NCBI RefSeq assembly: GCF_009914755.1
Contig: NC_060928.1
Length of the DNA stretch: 64,000 bases
Strand: one strand, 5' to 3'
Source: the human T2T-CHM13v2.0 reference genome, Homo sapiens
Part shown: positions 34,781 through 48,699 of the stretch, piece after piece
Layout: each line of letters begins with the position of its first letter
Numbering within the stretch: the first letter of the stretch is position 1
The notes under the pieces: model-generated
Told to the model about the DNA's origin: nothing
What the model saw: the letters and a program-made list of their open reading frames with translations, nothing else
Databases searched by the model: none
Translations under genes and position numbers: made by a program

Positions 34781-37459
34781 ATTTTCCCACGAAATGCCTT
34801 TCCTCATCTGCATCTAGCAAAGGAGGGAAAGGTTCAATTTACTTGAAGATGAAGAAGAGACAATTGAAAAAGCATTGGTTTCATTTCCCTCCCTTCCTGT
34901 TTCTCTGGGAATGACTTTTTATTTTTCTTTCTTTGGAATTTTTTAGAGGAAAAAGATTTAGTTTCTTAAAGTCTTTTTTTTTTTTGTCATCTCACATGTT
35001 GAATTGCAATGGAGAATGAAATGTCCAGGAACAAATATTAAGATATTGTAGTTTTAGAAAGAGATTTGGGGAGATGCATAGAGTATAAATGCTGAGTATG
35101 AAAATGTCAAATATATACACATCTAATAAATACCATAGATTGTGTGTATTAAAAAGTATGCATCATAACTCGCAGGTTTAAAACTTCATATTGTATGTAA
35201 TAATAGCTTACACATTAAGCTATTATTATACAACGAAGTCAGTTTACTCTAGATGAAAAATATCTTAACCTTGTCTAATATTGAGTCTTCTCTTTACTGG
35301 ATTGGCTTGAATGAGAATTTTCACTTTTGGTATCACGTCATCCTCTATTGAAGTTTAAGGCAATCCATGGTGGCAGTTAGTATAGAACAGCTGACAATTA
35401 AATAAAAATGAAACACCTATTATTAATCATCCAAAGTCATAATTGCCTACTACCCTTAAACCCAGAAGTAATACATGCTTTCTTCATCACTTTGGAAGAT
35501 ATAGAAAGCAGATCTTATATGCCATATATAATTCTATCTGGAGTTGATATTTGGAGATTAAATTATAATATATCCTAGCTTGGTAATGTGGAAGCATGAA
35601 TTAGTCATACACTTCAGAAAAATAAAATGAAAGAGAAAATAATCAAATGGAAAACTTATGTTGGCTAAACATTAATACTAAATTTAATAATAACAGAAGT
35701 AACTACCTACTGAGTGTCCATTTTATAGGCATGAGTAAATGAAATAAGACAAAATAAAGACATCACTTTCGTAAATTGTTACAAGGTGACAGTTCTCTTC
35801 TGTCAAGAATCACAGTTATGTCCTGTGAAATAGGCTAAATAATTTTAGAATCAATTTATAAATACTTTATATTATTATATAAATATACGTAATTTTATAT
35901 AGGCAAAATGACTGGTATTAGACAATTTAGAAATGCCTTTTTTGATGGATTAGAGTGAATTCTAACTTCTTAGAGCTTGAATTAAGCTAATGATTGAGGA
36001 AATCTATACTTTTAAGTTATATTATGGAGTGATGTGAAGATAATTATTTCTCAAGTTATAACAACATAATATTAACTCCTATGGAAATTATTACAAACAT
36101 TAAAAATTCAGGCTTATATTAGAATTATTTTTAGAAAATACTTAACATTGAATAATGTAATATTTGCCTCTCACAGTTAAAATTGAGCTTGAAAAAAAAA
36201 ATTGAGCTTGAAATCTAGTAACATATTCCTTGATAATGTAAATCACTCTCTTTGTAGTAATTTTTATAGAAATTGTTTTCATAATGCTTATAAAAAGTGT
36301 GCTTATATATCCAATATAGAGAAAGATTACCTTTATTTTTTTCAAGGAAACATCTAAAGTAGTTACAAAGGCATATCATATTGTTTTGAAGTTAATTTTA
36401 AGTCTGTGTTCTTTTTTCTAATCTTTTAAGTTTCTTCTCATTTAACTTACTTTCCTCTCTAATTTCAAAGGGACATCAATTGGCCCTATTATTTTTAGTA
36501 GTATTATTTATTGTAAAGAAGCACCATAACAATTTAAAACTGTAAAAACTTTTTAACCAACTGCTTTAAGCAAGTCTTCCCAAGCTACTGACAAGAACAG
36601 TGTGACCTACATTCAAGAAAACTCGTTGTTGGGCACAACTGTTTTCCAAGCACAGTGGTCTTCAGTTTTGTTTGGCCTAGAACTAGGTTATAGAAATGTT
36701 CTCGTGGCCTGGAGTATAGGAAAATGCTTATGTTTCATGAACTCATTACAGGCTGATATATGGAAATAAGATTATTATCTTAATTTAAAATACCAATATA
36801 ATAGCCAAATAAACTGAAATACTCTTAAGAGATCGCCATAGGAAAAATAAAAATACTATCAGAACTCTGGTTGATAATGTAAAGGGAATTAGATCAACTT
36901 ACTTGCTAGTGACCACACATGGCCCAATGCATCCTCATTTCATGTTAAGTGATCTGTACCTACTGCACAAATAAAAATACTCCGATCAGGTTATCTCAGT
37001 GTGATATGCTCAGGGTCATCCTGGAGACACTGAAAAATGCAAAACACGAAAAAATGCAAAAGTGTTTTGAATGATTGTATCCTCCTTCCCTTCTCCAAAC
37101 CTTATGCAAATCAACAGTCTTCCTTTGAGATTTTTAGCAATGAGTAAACCAACCTTAGGCATATTGGATTACTCCTGAAAAGTTTTCAGCTTTAAAATGT
37201 GCCTGAAGCACAACGTGCTCACCTGGTTGGATGTGGTATACTTAGTAAATACATGCTTGAAACATACCCTATTCTTATTGCTTTCAGAATAGGTTTTCCC
37301 TAAGCATCACTAATTTTACCATTTTGACTTTATTATAACTTGTCATTTTTAATTTTAGAAGGTATCATTTTTATTTTGTTCTCCAAGTATACCTTTACCT
37401 CCTTTGAACTTATAGCCTACTATGGATTTATGAGTGACCTTTGTACATGTTCTCACATC

Positions 37460-37690
37460 AGAGAAGCAATGTGGTGAAGAGCACGAGTTATGGGATCAGT
37501 CAGCCAGGTTTCAACTACTGACCCAGCCAGATACTAGCTGTGGGACCTCTCTAATTTCTTTAACCTTCCTATAATTCCTTTTCCCCATCTGTGACATGCA
37601 TCCTCCAAAGCTCATTGTGGAAATTAAATTATTTAACATATTTAAAGCAGTGAGTGCCTGCCCAAAAGAGGCACTCATTAAGTGTTCAAG
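37460..37690 (+). mobile_element. MIR
   Basis: gtggtgaagagcac...tactagctgtgggacct...ccccatctgt...ttgtggaaattaaat...gtgcctg...cactcattaagtgtt. Confidence 0.7.
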
Positions 37691-39432
37691 GCAACCATAT
37701 ATTCAGTTAAAATTGGAACAATGACATCAGCCTGAGTATGGACAAAATTACAATTCTGGGCTTAAATAGAACTAATTATGCTCTCTTTTACTCCCAGAGA
37801 AAAATCAGACTCCAAATGTTCTTTTCACAATATATCACTATTTTACATCTGCAGTGTATATATTCTTTGACATAATACATGTTTTAAAAGTACAGTCTCC
37901 CTATTTTTCTGTTCCATTCAAGAAAACAATGGAACAGATATTATAGAACCAAATACATAATGCTCAGCAAAGATTAAGCTTTGTTTGTTTCATGTGTTAA
38001 TCACAAAGCATGATTATAACTTTTAAAAGTTCATATTCTCATTATTTTACTTAATTTGTATGCTTACAATAAGTAAAGATACTTGGTTATATACAACAGT
38101 GAAAATCGTATGAAGAATACTCATTTTTCAAGCAACAGATTTTTATTTCAGTATAGGAAATAGCATATTATATTTGATAATTGTAGAAAAATAAAGGATT
38201 TCTATTTGCTCAGGCAAAAAAAAATTAAAATAATGAAAATCAATGTCCATATAGAATTTGACTCATCTATGTTTAGAGAATTGTATTGGCATATTAGTGC
38301 AAATTCTAGCCTTATACAAAATATTGTTACCCTAGAGAGTTCTGATAGCCCTGTGTAAAAGACATAGATGCCCGAAAATGATCAAAGTAAATGAAAGCCA
38401 TCTGTTAGTATGAAAAATTGTCTTTCTGTAACATATACCAAATATATCTATATCTGTTACAGATCAATATTTGAACACATAAAAGCCTAGAGATACTTTT
38501 GCCTCCTTTGTTCTTCACTAAAATCTTATTATCTAATAAACCTGATTCTCACAATCAGCTTTCTATTTATATTTTTGTACATTTGTCTTTCAAAGTGACA
38601 CAGAACTAACAAATAGTGTCACAAACCCCTTTGAAAGAAACCCCAAACTTTAGTTACAGCTTATAGTTTATTCAATGGGCTCTCTGTGTAATTCTCATGT
38701 TTTTTTGATTCTATGTGTTTCTGTCTTCTAACTTCTACATCAGTTTTGCATGTACATCACCAGTTTGCCCAAATAACAAGAGACCTAACAACTAAGTTTT
38801 AGTGCCCAATTTCATTTCAGAATCATTCTCATTTATGTTTATTCCTCATATGAAAAGAAAAATTTCTCATTTTTTTACAATGATAAAGTTCTTGCATTTA
38901 ATATTGCTATTTCTAGCAATGGAAGAAATTAAATATTAAACAAATGTAATTGTTTTTTAATCTAATATGCTTGTGAATGCAATTGCCATAGTCACCTGCA
39001 ATTAAGCATTTTCCTCTTATCAAAATGCACTAGTTTTCAATGAGTCTGTGTTAAATTTCTCATCGCATTAACAGAGGAACGTGATATTTAATTTATTAGA
39101 ATAAAATATCTTTGACTATCTTTGGAAAAGACTCCTTACAGTGTAATCAAGGAAGAATTTGCAGAGCTCACTTTGGGGCCACTATTTAAGCACTATCTGT
39201 GTGATTTTTAATGGATAGAGACCAAGGGCATTCTAGGAGCAGGAAAGTGCATGAACCAAAATGCAGAATTAGAGAGCAAATAATAAATATGGAGAAGTAA
39301 ATATTCTAGCTTGTCCAATCTATCAGATATATCCAGAGGTATAGTTAAGGTTAAGATTTGAAAGTTGTTTTAGGTAGACCAAGAAACATTTTGAATAATA
39401 ATACCAATAGTAATAGTAGCTAACATTTATAG

Positions 39433-39819
<387 letters not shown>

Positions 39820-40599
39820 TGAGGAAAGATGATAACTTAAAATACTGGTAAATTGAAATGTGACGGGTTATTTTTGCATAGGAAACAATCAAATGTATGT
39901 TACTTTTAATCACTTGAAATATGTTATTTGAAATGCTATAATTCAAATTATCCATGTGTTTTCACTAATTCTGTGAGTTACAGATGAGATCTTCCTAGGG
40001 TCAGGTTTACTTGTGAGTGTCTCTCTATGAAAGAAGAAACCTAGAAGCAATTATTTATTCTAAAAAGTTTCAGTCTCACAGTTATAAAGTGAATTCAATA
40101 TTAGTCTGTGATCATTATGTGCCTTATTTTTTCTTCATTAAATGTTATGGAAAAAAGTTCCTGTACTCTTTTATAGGTTTCCTAAATTTTGTTGCTGTGG
40201 ACACTACCTGAGGCTTGAGATAGTGGCATGGAATCCCTTCTTTAAGCATCTCATTTCATCTCTTTTTTTCCTTTCACAGTCATCCTTAGAATTGAGTTGG
40301 CCACAAAGTAGCCAGGCAGTCTTTTTGAGTGCAGTGTTTTGTTACATTTTGAAGATTTAAAGTAATGGAATGCAAACTACTTCCAGATATGGAAAGTATT
40401 AACCCTGAGTTCTCCCACTGGGCTCTGTGGGAAGGCAGGCGTATACTTTGTGTTCCTCAAATCCAGTCCTTTCTGACTAGCTTACGAAAATCAATGAGGA
40501 CTCCTCTCTTTTACTATCTAGCTTTTAATATTAAGTAATTAGACTATTTCTCCAAAATATTTGACTCATGTTCTCCTCTTAACACATTTTTGAGGCTCT

Positions 40600-41095
40600 C
40601 TGTTGAAGCCACAATAACGTTCATGTTTATTCTAGTTTTTAAAGACTTTTATACTTAAGCTCTGCCTACATTTCTGTTTCACATCATTTAATAATTTGTC
40701 AGCTTCTTCATAGATACTTTTTCTCAAGCCCTTGTGTGTTTATACATTCTGTTCTTCTGACATCCTCTCTCATCTGAAAACCCGCTTTTCTCTCCATTCA
40801 TCTGCATGACCGTCTCTTACTCATCAATCAAGATTCAATTTATTTTACTTTTAATGAGAAGACTTCTCAGACACTAAGATACAGACACTCTAACTGTAAC
40901 TTCTTATAGATTCTTAAACATAATTGCTGTCTTTAGAATATTTTGTGAAACAATTGTTGGTCCACTGGACTGTAAAATCTTTTAGAGCTGAATCATTTGC
41001 TCCATTTAAGGGTCCCATGTTCCATAACTGTGTCTGGAACAAAGTAGACGCTCATAAATGCTTATAGACTACATCAATGAGTCAATAAATGAAAT
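40600..41095 (+). mobile_element. L2 3' fragment
   Basis: ccactggactgtaaaatc...tgtgtctggaacaaagtagacgctcataaatgcttat...aataaatgaa. Confidence 0.55.
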
Positions 41096-42706
41096 ATTCT
41101 GAATGGAAATGAGGTGCAAATCTTTTTTCTTCAGGATAGTTTGTCTAGGCCTCTACCCTGACTTAGATAAATAATAAAATTACAGTAGTCTCTGAATGAC
41201 ATTAAAAAAAGCAAACTAAAACCACAAAAAATCTTAACCATTTCCAGTCCTAAATAATCTCCACTCTATTTTATCTTCTTTCAAATTTTCATAATTTTCT
41301 GTTTTTATTCTGGCCTAACTATACTAGTTATTTTATTCTTTCTTCTGGTATATCACTTTGTCTTTCACAACTCCTTTAAGCTCATGTTTCACCATCACTC
41401 CCTGCTAATTTCACTAAGCTATTTTCTTTTCAGTTGTCTGCCACGTATCATTGGAAAACGTATACGTAAACACTAAGTAAATATAAGGTAATCTTAAATA
41501 TAAACATAAAGGGTGAGCCATTGTGGATATGTATAATATTTATGAACAGGAGGTTGTTGATAGTACTGTATACCTATGGCTGGAGGCAATTCACCTGAGT
41601 TTTCCTTCAGGTTTCTGAAGTTTTTATGTAACAGTTTGTATGTATATGGCATTCTTACTTACCATCATTATTGCATAAGTTATATTTGTTTTATGGCATT
41701 GTAGTAATGAATGGGTACATCAGATGCTATTTTTTTAATATCATGTTGAAGGATTTTGCTTTCTTTACGAGAACATTATTATGAGATATGTAGGTAGTTT
41801 TGTACACTTGTGATAGTTTAATGATAAAGCATATATGTGAGTATACATTTTCAAAACTTTTTAACCAGAATTCTTTACTGGCCCCAAGAAAGATTGATTA
41901 ATTAAAATTTGAACTTTTATTTAAATTTATTGTAATACTTTGCATAGATAGTAAATATGAATGCAACATTTTTACTTTGCTATGTAATTAAATGTTTATA
42001 ATAATTAAGATGATCTCTAATTCAAAACCAAGTTTAAAGTTTCCAAAAGTAACATAATGATTTAAGGATCTAAATCTTGGCATCTAATTAGAATGTAATT
42101 AAATAAATTTTAACCTTTAACAAGCAGGATATTATCTTGTTTCAATAATTTAACATTTTTGTGATTTTTTTAAAGCTAAGTTTAATTCATTGCTTATGAG
42201 TTTTCAAATCTCTAATTATCTGATGACAGGTTAAATTGAAAGGAAGAAAAAGAGGTGGTTTAATGAGTTTCTAGAGTATAACTAAAACTAAAGTATGTAC
42301 CCAGGCCTTCATTTTAGGATAGGCAATTAAAAATTATACCTTCTATGCCAAGAAGAAATAATATTTATTTAATATGCTATATCCATCTCATAAAAACAAA
42401 AATTTTACTCAAAAAAACAGGGATAAAATGTAATCATAATACAAAGAAATAATTTAAATAACAGTTAAGATTATACAATAATCAGACAATTAGTCATTAA
42501 CTAAAAATTTATATTCTAGATAACTTAGTTTTTTTTATCTTTCTGAACTCTCATGCCTTAATTTTAAATTATTTTGATGGAAATATATAGATAACTTATT
42601 ATACAAACTCGTCCTATACTATAATTTAAAAACACAATGCAACATTTTTTTGACTTTAGTGGTAAGTAGTGTCATCTGTGCTATCATGAAGTAGATGCCC
42701 TGAGGA

Positions 42707-42843
42707 CAGCATTGCCAGACTTAACAAACAAAAAATACTTAGCACCCAAATATTCTATGGGACGTACAGCTACTAAAAATTATTCATTGTTTATCTGAAA
42801 TTCAAAGATTATCGTACACACTGTATTTTTTCTGGCAACCCAA
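42707..42843. mobile_element. MER53-like (hAT) palindromic element, internally deleted
   Basis: Termini gcattgccaga / tctggcaacc; internal taaaaattattcattgtttatctgaaattcaaa. Confidence 0.7.
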
Positions 42844-44259
42844 CTCAAGGGGTTATCAGAACGTGTAGTCTTGGTGCTTTAGTGCAGGGTTGTTTTTTCT
42901 GCATCTCTTCTCTGTGGCCAGTTTTCAATGTGTGAACATTTTTAACCCCCTTCTTAGTCTGCCCTTCCTGCTTTTAAACTTCTGTTTGCCTTGACATAGA
43001 AGTAACTGAATTATGTTAGGGAAAATCTGATCATCAAGTATGTAAATAGCCATACATTTACACACTGTTTCTACGTTGTATGTCTTGTGTCTTCTTTGAA
43101 CATATGTTTGAATAGGCGTTTAGAAATATTTACCAACCCAGAACTTCCAATTGTTTACATTTCTTAAATCTGTTGGGTTGTGGTTAAATTATTTTGAAAC
43201 TTTACCCTTTCTTAAGTAGGTTATTGATGGTTAATACATTAGCTACGTGGCTATATGTTTTTTAATGAAGGTCTTATTATTTGCCTGTATTTTTTTCTCA
43301 TCTTACATTGTTGGAATTTATACTTGATTTTCGTATAAAAGATGAAGTTGCGCACATCACAAGTAGCTGGAGTGAATATTGTGATACAATAGGTGCAAAT
43401 AGATTTATACAAGCACAACATTCCTGTAGTCAGGAATGACCAATCCCATTCAGCATTTTCATGCCTTCTGTTTTGAAAATCAATGCTAGTTTCAACCTCA
43501 CAGGAAAGGTGCTAATATAGTCTTCTTATAATATTGTTTTGAAGGAAAACACTTGAAAAGTGTCTAAATGTCACTAAATATTATCAGCTCTGTACTTCTC
43601 AAAAAAAAGGAACTGTGTATTTTTTTAAGTAGGGATATTTTGTTGGAACTTCAGATACACACAATACTGATAAAGTAACTTAAATGAAAGTATCATTTGT
43701 TCTTATTAAAGTAAGATATAACTGAGTGAATTGTCTTCAAAATAAATTTTAAGGATACTTCATTGATAATGTAAACAATGCTATTTTCAAATATTTCTGG
43801 AACAAATCACAATTTCCATATTTTAGTGGACTCTGATGAAGGATTCCAGAAAAATTTTCAGTGATATTATAAACATGCAGAGAAAGATATGTTATATTTA
43901 CATTTCCTAAATGTACACCAGCATAGGGTCAGAACATCTGAAAAATAATTCAGTCTCCAAACTTTACTTTGAGATACTAATTGGGCAATGGTGTTCTGTT
44001 TGTCAAATAGAGCCTGGTATGGTGGCCAACGTGCCCAGGTTAGGGTCATATCCTGTTATTTTTCTCCTAAGGGAAAATTTATTACGCTTCTAAAACATAA
44101 TTTTTCACATTTTTAGAGAAACTTGAACTAAGTTGAAGAACGTTTTACAAAATTCTATGCTAGTACATTGTCTTGGCTTTTTTTAAACAAATATTTTAAT
44201 TTAAAAGTTTAATTTTTTAGAGTTTCAAAAATAGATCTTTAGAATACTGACGATTCTTG

Positions 44260-44574
44260 TATCTAAATGGAAAAGTTAAAAATGATTACTCTGTGTTTTT
44301 AGATATCTTCCTCAAATCAATTCAAATAATAATATTCAAATGTTTTGTCTATAGGAGCTAATACACTATCACTAGTTTTTGTCATAGTTGAAAGCACTCT
44401 TCATTCATATAATTAATTAGAAGTATTATTAAATCAAACAAAATTGAGTTACTATAACTTCATCTATTCTCTTAATAATATGAGAGGTAGTTGACATAGT
44501 TGCAGTAATCCACTGGAAAGATATTTCCTGGTGAAACAGTTGTAAATGTACTGTTACCTTATGAGAAGGTAGTT
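44260..44574 (+). repeat. Inverted duplication, left arm (~315 bp)
   Basis: Reverse complement of 46072-46389; about 13 substitutions and 3 small indels by hand alignment. Confidence 0.95.
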
Positions 44575-45581
44575 TTGATTTACACATACACATACATGCA
44601 TGCACACACACATACATAGAAATTTCTCAGTGCCTACTGATCTTCCATCTAGAAAAAAATCTGTAATGTTTCAGTGGATTCACTTTGTCATACAAAGCTA
44701 TGTGAGGGTAATTGTATACCATTGTATTTGTGGAGTACACTTTTGGACAAATAAAAGCTCCTATTTTTAAAGCTGTTAAGTCTTTTGCATAGCAATGAAA
44801 TTTGGTTTAAAAATAAGCACTGATCAATACTAATTTTTGAAATTCTCTTGGTAGTAAACTTAGGGCCTTTCACAGTATATCAGCTCTACTTGATTTGGAA
44901 GGTATCTCCCAGATAATGAAGTAAATTTATTCATTGCACACACTCTGCTAGGTGAGAAAATTAGGATGGATCCATTTCTAATTCATAGCTTGAAGTTGTA
45001 AATAGTCTCTTTCACAATGGTAACATTAGAATTTTAGGAGAGATGGCCAACTATTTAAGGGTGCCAGGGTTGCTAGAACGAGAATGTCTATGAGACAATT
45101 ATTATGCTCAACATGCTTCTCTCTTCTATTTGAAATTATACATTTTATTCATTCATTGATGTATATTTCTGTTTCACAAAACTGTTTGCCGATTTCTTAT
45201 TTTTAAATATCCCTGGATTTAAATTTTAATTTAATAACTATTAATTGCAAACTATGTTGTAAGTATTCAATATACACATAAATTAAAATAAAAATAAATA
45301 CCTGCCTTTACTATGTATTTCTCACATTAATGGTCTAAAGCTTTGTTTGAGTCATTTATTTTACAAGATTTGCTTTCTAAAAGACTAATAAAGTTTACAT
45401 ATAGTACATATTATAATACTACCATCTCCAAACTCCTGTTTTCCACCTATGTTCTATAATCCCTTATCCCTGTCAAAATAGAATAAAAAAGCATTAAAGA
45501 ATTCTGTCTGATGAAAGGAAAAAAGCAAATTTAGTCTAGGAGAGTATGAACCTTATGAATTAAAATTAAGAACCGTAGTTT

Positions 45582-45868
45582 GGCAAGGCACAGTAGCTCA
45601 TGCCTATAATCCCAGGACTTTGGGAGGCCAAGGTGAGCAGATCAGTTGAGGCCAGAAGTTCGAGACCAGCCTGGGCAACATGGTGAAACCCCATCTGTAC
45701 TAAAACTACAAAAATTAGCCTGGCGTTGTGGTGCGCAACTGTAATCCCAGCTACTTGGTAGTCTGAGACAGAAGAATCGCCTGAACCCGGGAAGCTGAGG
45801 TTGCAGTGAGCCAGGATCACAGCACTGCACACCAGAGCAAGACTGTGTCTCAAAAATAAATAAATAAA
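45582..45868 (+). mobile_element. Alu
   Basis: ggcaaggcacagtagctcatgcctataatccc...gcaagactgtgtctc + (AAAT)n tail. Confidence 0.95.
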
Positions 45869-45875
45869 CCGGTTT

Positions 45876-46068
45876 TATTATCTATAAATATAAATAAATA
45901 AGTTATTTATTTATATTTATTTACATATATTTATATAAAATATATATATTTATATTTGTTTACATATATTTATATATTATATATAATCTTGTGTATATAT
46001 GTGTAAATATATAAATATATATATATAAATATATATATTTATATATATATATTTATATATTTACACAT
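45876..46068. repeat. (TA)-rich low-complexity tract with a 37-bp palindrome
   Basis: Direct reading; 18-bp arms at 45884-45901 and 45903-45920. Confidence 0.9.
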
Positions 46069-46071
46069 GAG

Positions 46072-46389
46072 AACTACCTTCTCACAAGGCAATAGTACAT
46101 TTACAACTGTTTCACCAGGAAATATCTACCCAGTGGACTACTGCAACTGTGTCAACTACCTCTCATATTATTAAGAGAATAGATGCAGTTATAGTAACTC
46201 AATTTTGTTTGATTTAATCATACTTACTTCTAATTAATTATATGAATGAAGAGTGCTTTTAACTATGACAAAAACTAGTGATAGTATATTAACTCCTATA
46301 GACAAAACACTTTGAATATTATTATTTGAATTGATTTGAGGAACATATCTAAAAACACAGTAATCATTTTTAACTTTTCCATTTAGATA
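46072..46389 (-). repeat. Inverted duplication, right arm, inside an AT-rich low-complexity tract
   Basis: Reverse complement of 44260-44574; flanked by a 23-bp direct repeat at 46046-46068 and 46392-46414. Confidence 0.95.
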
Positions 46390-46759
46390 TGTATATATTT
46401 ATATATTTACACATATAAATAAATATATAAATATATATATTTAAATTTAGAATTTAATCTATTCATACTTTCTGGGGAGAGAAAGATATGATTTAAAATC
46501 CAAACAATATACAACTATATTTTCAAAAATAAAAGCAAATATGAGTGTTCAAATGGAAGGCAAATGAAAAATCAAGCAGTTACCCTCTTTTAATAGTTAA
46601 CACTACTGTGCTCATTTCTGGATATAAGGTTAAACTGAAAAAAAAATTCAAAAAGATTTTAAAGGGAACCGTTAAACATGGCTCAAGAATAAGACAGAGG
46701 AAGTTAAAAAAATGGATTAACTGTACAAATTTCTAATGGAGGCTCACTTTAAAACTGTC

Positions 46760-46950
46760 CTGAAGTGTGTGATGTGCTTTTACATAGAGCGGAGAGCAGA
46801 TATTTCTGACTTCCACAGGGAGTAATTTGTTCAACTTCTTGTACGCTAGATGCATTTATATGTAAAGAAGTGTCCTGATGATGAGGCTTATTGAACACTT
46901 GAATAAGCTCTGGAGTAGGTTACTGATCGCAGCCTCTGGAAATTTTTCAC
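46760..46950 (+). mobile_element. CR1/L3-like ancient LINE 3' fragment
   Basis: tatgtaaagaagtgtcctgatgatgaggcttattgaacacttgaataagct...cctctggaaattttt. Confidence 0.35.
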
Positions 46951-47963
46951 TGTAGTGGAGAGTCTCAGGCATCAGAGATATTCGAAGGGTGTCCTTTCTT
47001 TAAATTGCAGAAATAGATTATTTCATAATCTTAATGTATTGCTTTAGTTTCTGCGGTTTATACAATCATAAAGTATAAAGGGTATTTTCTTTCCTCTTTT
47101 GCAAGTTTGACCATGTGAATATTCAATTTATTAAATTGTTATTTTAATGTATAAAATAAAATAATTTTTACCAGGCAATTACATGCAATGAACAGTGTAT
47201 CAGTACTGACCACTTTACAATTATTTCTGCAACATACATGTGACAGTCATTTGTCTTAAGTCATTAGTCAATTTAATACCTTAAAATTTTAATTTGTTTA
47301 AGTATTTAATTTTTCTCATAGCTTAATTCAGTTGCAAATTATAAAAGGCAAAAATAGGATTCCACAATATAAAGAAAAATATACACCATGGAACTTTTAT
47401 TAAAAATTATATCTATGCTAAGTTATCAGAAGGTAGATACTTGAGAATCTCTTTTCCATTAAGGATACATTTTCACCTGTGGTTTAGATATTAAGATAAG
47501 TATCTTAATCTAGCATTTATGACTCACTATGAAGAATAAATGCACTGAATGAATAAAATTAAGAAGGAACACAGTCCTTTTCCTATTACTTCTGATTTCA
47601 TTTGATTGAAAATAAAACCTCCCTATCTATCAAGTGACCAATTCCCTACATGCTGATGCATCACAAGAAAAAAATGCTTTTGTGAAATGAAAAGAAAAAG
47701 AAATCCTCCAAGCATGCTTTGATAATTCCAAAACATACATAGAATATATTAGAAAGCATAGAGATTCTCTGTGTATTTGACTCATTCTGTCAAACCTAAA
47801 ATGCATCAGCAAATATATAGCCATGTTACTTAACACTGGAATAATTGTCCTGGTACTGGCTCTAAAATGTCATCAATTAATATTTTTTTTGTGGGGAGGG
47901 TCAGATAATATTTGCTTGCTACTTGTCCAACATTAGGCCATACAACCCTAAAAGAATAATAGG

Positions 47964-48260
47964 TTTTGTTTGTTTTTTGAGGCAGAGCCTTGCTCTGTCT
48001 CCTAGGCTGGAGTGCAGTGGCAAGATCTCAGTTCATTGCAACCTCCACTTCATAGATTCAAGCAATTCTTGTTCCTCAGCCTCCGAGGTAGCTGGGATTA
48101 CAGGCCTGTGCCACTAAACCCTGCTAACTTTTGTATTTCTAGTAGAGATGGTCTTTTGACATGTTTGTCAGGCTGGTCTCAAACTCCTGGGCTCAAGTGA
48201 TCCGCTCGCCTCAACCTCCCAAATTGTTGGAACTACAGGCCTGAGCCACCGTGCCCAGCC
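47964..48260 (-). mobile_element. Alu (older, diverged)
   Basis: Alu consensus; TSD aagaataatag at 47952-47962 and 48261-48271. Confidence 0.95.
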
Positions 48261-48371
48261 AAGAATAATAGTTATTCAGTGTTTAAACTCAACCCGTAGA
48301 AGGTTTGAAATAAAGCGGATGTGACTAAAACTTTAGTAATAGTATAAACTATTTCTAGGTTGGCAGGATTT

Positions 48372-48699
48372 TTGGCTCCTCTGTATCCTTGGGCTCCTTG
48401 TCTGTGGATTCAATCAACTGTGGATTAAAAATATTTGGAAAAAAGTCCCACAAAGTTTCAAAAAGCAAAACTTGAATTTGCCATGCACAGAGTACTGCCT
48501 TGAATTTATGTGAATGAAGTGATGTGCCTGGTGTTAGGCATTATATTAGATGTTGTAAGTAACCTGAAGATAATTTAACATATTTAGGAGGACATGCATA
48601 GGATATATGCATACACTACAGGCCATAAGGGACTTGAGCATCCTTCGATTTTGGGGGCAACCTGGAAACAGGCCCTCACAGACACTGAGGGATAACTCT
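48372..48699. mobile_element. MER2-like (TcMar-Tigger) DNA transposon relic
   Basis: cctctgtatcc...gtggattcaatcaactgtggattaaaaatatttggaaaaaa...gggacttgagcatcc...gacactgagggataact; degenerate terminal inverted repeats. Confidence 0.8.

Noticed and set aside
36180-36215. Short tandem duplications (also near 4716, 21976, 22631, 37033, 50670)
   Set aside because: 10-20-bp slippage duplications are commonplace in AT-rich intronic DNA.
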